Assembly (NCBI GenBank): GCA_040218735.1 | Contig: JAVJQW010000052.1 | Location: 1 to 16,732, forward strand | Direction of reading: 5' to 3' | From: Deltaproteobacteria bacterium | GTDB taxonomy: Bacteria > Myxococcota > Kuafuiibacteriia > Kuafuiibacteriales > Kuafuiibacteriaceae | DNA: 16,732 bases | In this document: piece after piece, positions 15,917 through 16,732 of the stretch | How the letters are laid out: each line of letters begins with the position of its first letter | Position numbering within the stretch: position 1 is the first letter of the stretch | Translations under genes and position numbers: made by a program | Notes under the pieces: generated by a model | What the model was told of the DNA's origin: nothing | Database searches by the model: none | What the model saw: the letters and a program-made list of their open reading frames with translations, nothing else

Positions 15917-16144
15917 GGCCTTCATCCCAGGCGGTGCACGCCATCTTGGGATTCGTGGCTCACCTCCCTTCGGGCCTCACGCCTCGAGCTGCCGCCCCTT
16001 CGGGGTCGGCGGGGTTCTGCTTTCGGTCCCCTCGCTTCGCTCGGCTCGGCTCACACCTCGCAGAAAGCACCCCGCCGCCTCGAGGAGCTCGGACGGGTCG
16101 CCTGCTCACGAACCCAAGACGGCCCGCACCGCGGGCGAAAGGCC
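15917..16144. repeat. Long hairpin element, copy 2 (conserved core 15973-16096), upstream of the ssDNA-binding-like gene and ardC
   Basis: Nested arms 15917-22/16139-44, 15931-37/16126-32, 15944-50/16113-19, 15952-57/16107-12 and 16007-15/16069-77. The core is shared with copy 1. Confidence 0.9.
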
Positions 16145-16152
16145 AAAACGCG

Positions 16153-16455
16153 ATGAGCAACAACGACACCAACTCCGAAACGACCACGAAGAACACCGCC
16201 GCCGGCGAGCGCGTCCGCACCCTCCGCGACGGACTGTTGTTCGTCACCATCTGGGCACAGCCGAGCACGAGCACGTCCGGACGCATCTTCCACTCCGTCT
16301 CCTTCGAGCGGCGCTACAAGGACAAGAGCGGCGCCTGGCGCGGCACGAAGTCGCTGCGTCCCCACGACCTGCAGCGCATGGCGGCCCTCCTGCAACAGGC
16401 CCACGACCTCATCCCGAAGCGCGAGGACGAGCCGTCGGAGTCGACCGCGGCCTGA
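16153..16455 (+). CDS. Small mobile-element protein, putative PC4-like ssDNA-binding fold
   Basis: RDGLLFVTIW...FHSVSFERRYKDKSGAWRGTKSLRPHDL..MAALLQQA looks like a beta-meander plus C-terminal helix. The fold call is an inference. Confidence 0.7.
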   Translation: MSNNDTNSETTTKNTAAGERVRTLRDGLLFVTIWAQPSTSTSGRIFHSVSFERRYKDKSGAWRGTKSLRPHDLQRMAALLQQAHDLIPKREDEPSESTAA

Positions 16456-16473
16456 GCCCCAGTAGCGCCCCCA

Positions 16474-16502
16474 GGGCGGCCCCGCCGCGCGGCGGGCCGC
16501 CC
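16474..16502. other. Near-perfect GC palindrome/hairpin between the two leading-region-type genes
   Basis: GGGCGGCCCCGCCGCGCGGCGGGCCGCCC, with no U-tract. Confidence 0.6.
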
Positions 16503-16530
16503 GCGAGACCTCCACGAAAGAGAGGACGAC

Positions 16531-16732
16531 ATGAACAAGAACGCAACCATCTACGAACGCATCACGAACCGCCTCCTCGACCAGATGCGCTGCGGAACGC
16601 TCCCCTGGCTGAAGCCTTGGAACGCCGACGCCAACGCCGTCATCGGCCTCCCTCGCAACGGCACGACCTCCCGCCCCTACAGCGGCATCAACATCATCGT
16701 GCTGTGGGCCAGCGGCTTTCCTGACGCGCGGT
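16531..16732 (+). CDS. ardC: ArdC-like antirestriction/ssDNA-binding protein (DUF1738), partial
   Basis: GAGG SD. MNKNATIYERITNRLLDQMRCGTLPWLKPW...LPRNGTTSRPYSGINIIVLW matches the ArdC N-terminal PW.KPW / Y.GIN signature. It runs off the window. Confidence 0.9.
   Translation, partial: MNKNATIYERITNRLLDQMRCGTLPWLKPWNADANAVIGLPRNGTTSRPYSGINIIVLWASGFPDAR

Overview
High-GC window, probably from a Myxococcota genome (a MYXO-CTERM-type sorting tail is present). It reads as a mosaic accessory or mobile island. Two copies of a long, covarying hairpin element (about 1687-1934 and 15917-16144) each sit directly in front of genes typical of conjugative-element leading regions: radC/JAB at the left, and a putative ssDNA-binding protein plus ardC at the right. 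Between them lie small hypothetical genes, a pentapeptide-repeat gene, a dif-like Xer site with a nearby XerD half-site, and a damaged PRTase + SLOG (ShosTA-like) pair. Next comes a metal-resistance block: an RPPR leader ORF, a czcC-like gene, a Cys/His-repeat lipoprotein, czcB-like and czcA-like genes, a TlpA-like thioredoxin, a decayed copA fragment, a His-brace LPMO-like MYXO-CTERM protein and a small Cys-rich protein. At the left end are an Rpn-like PD-(D/E)xK gene with a candidate intragenic antitoxin start, a decayed copy of its 5' end and promoter, and a membrane protein running off the edge. All family calls come from motif recognition by eye, and no database searches were run.
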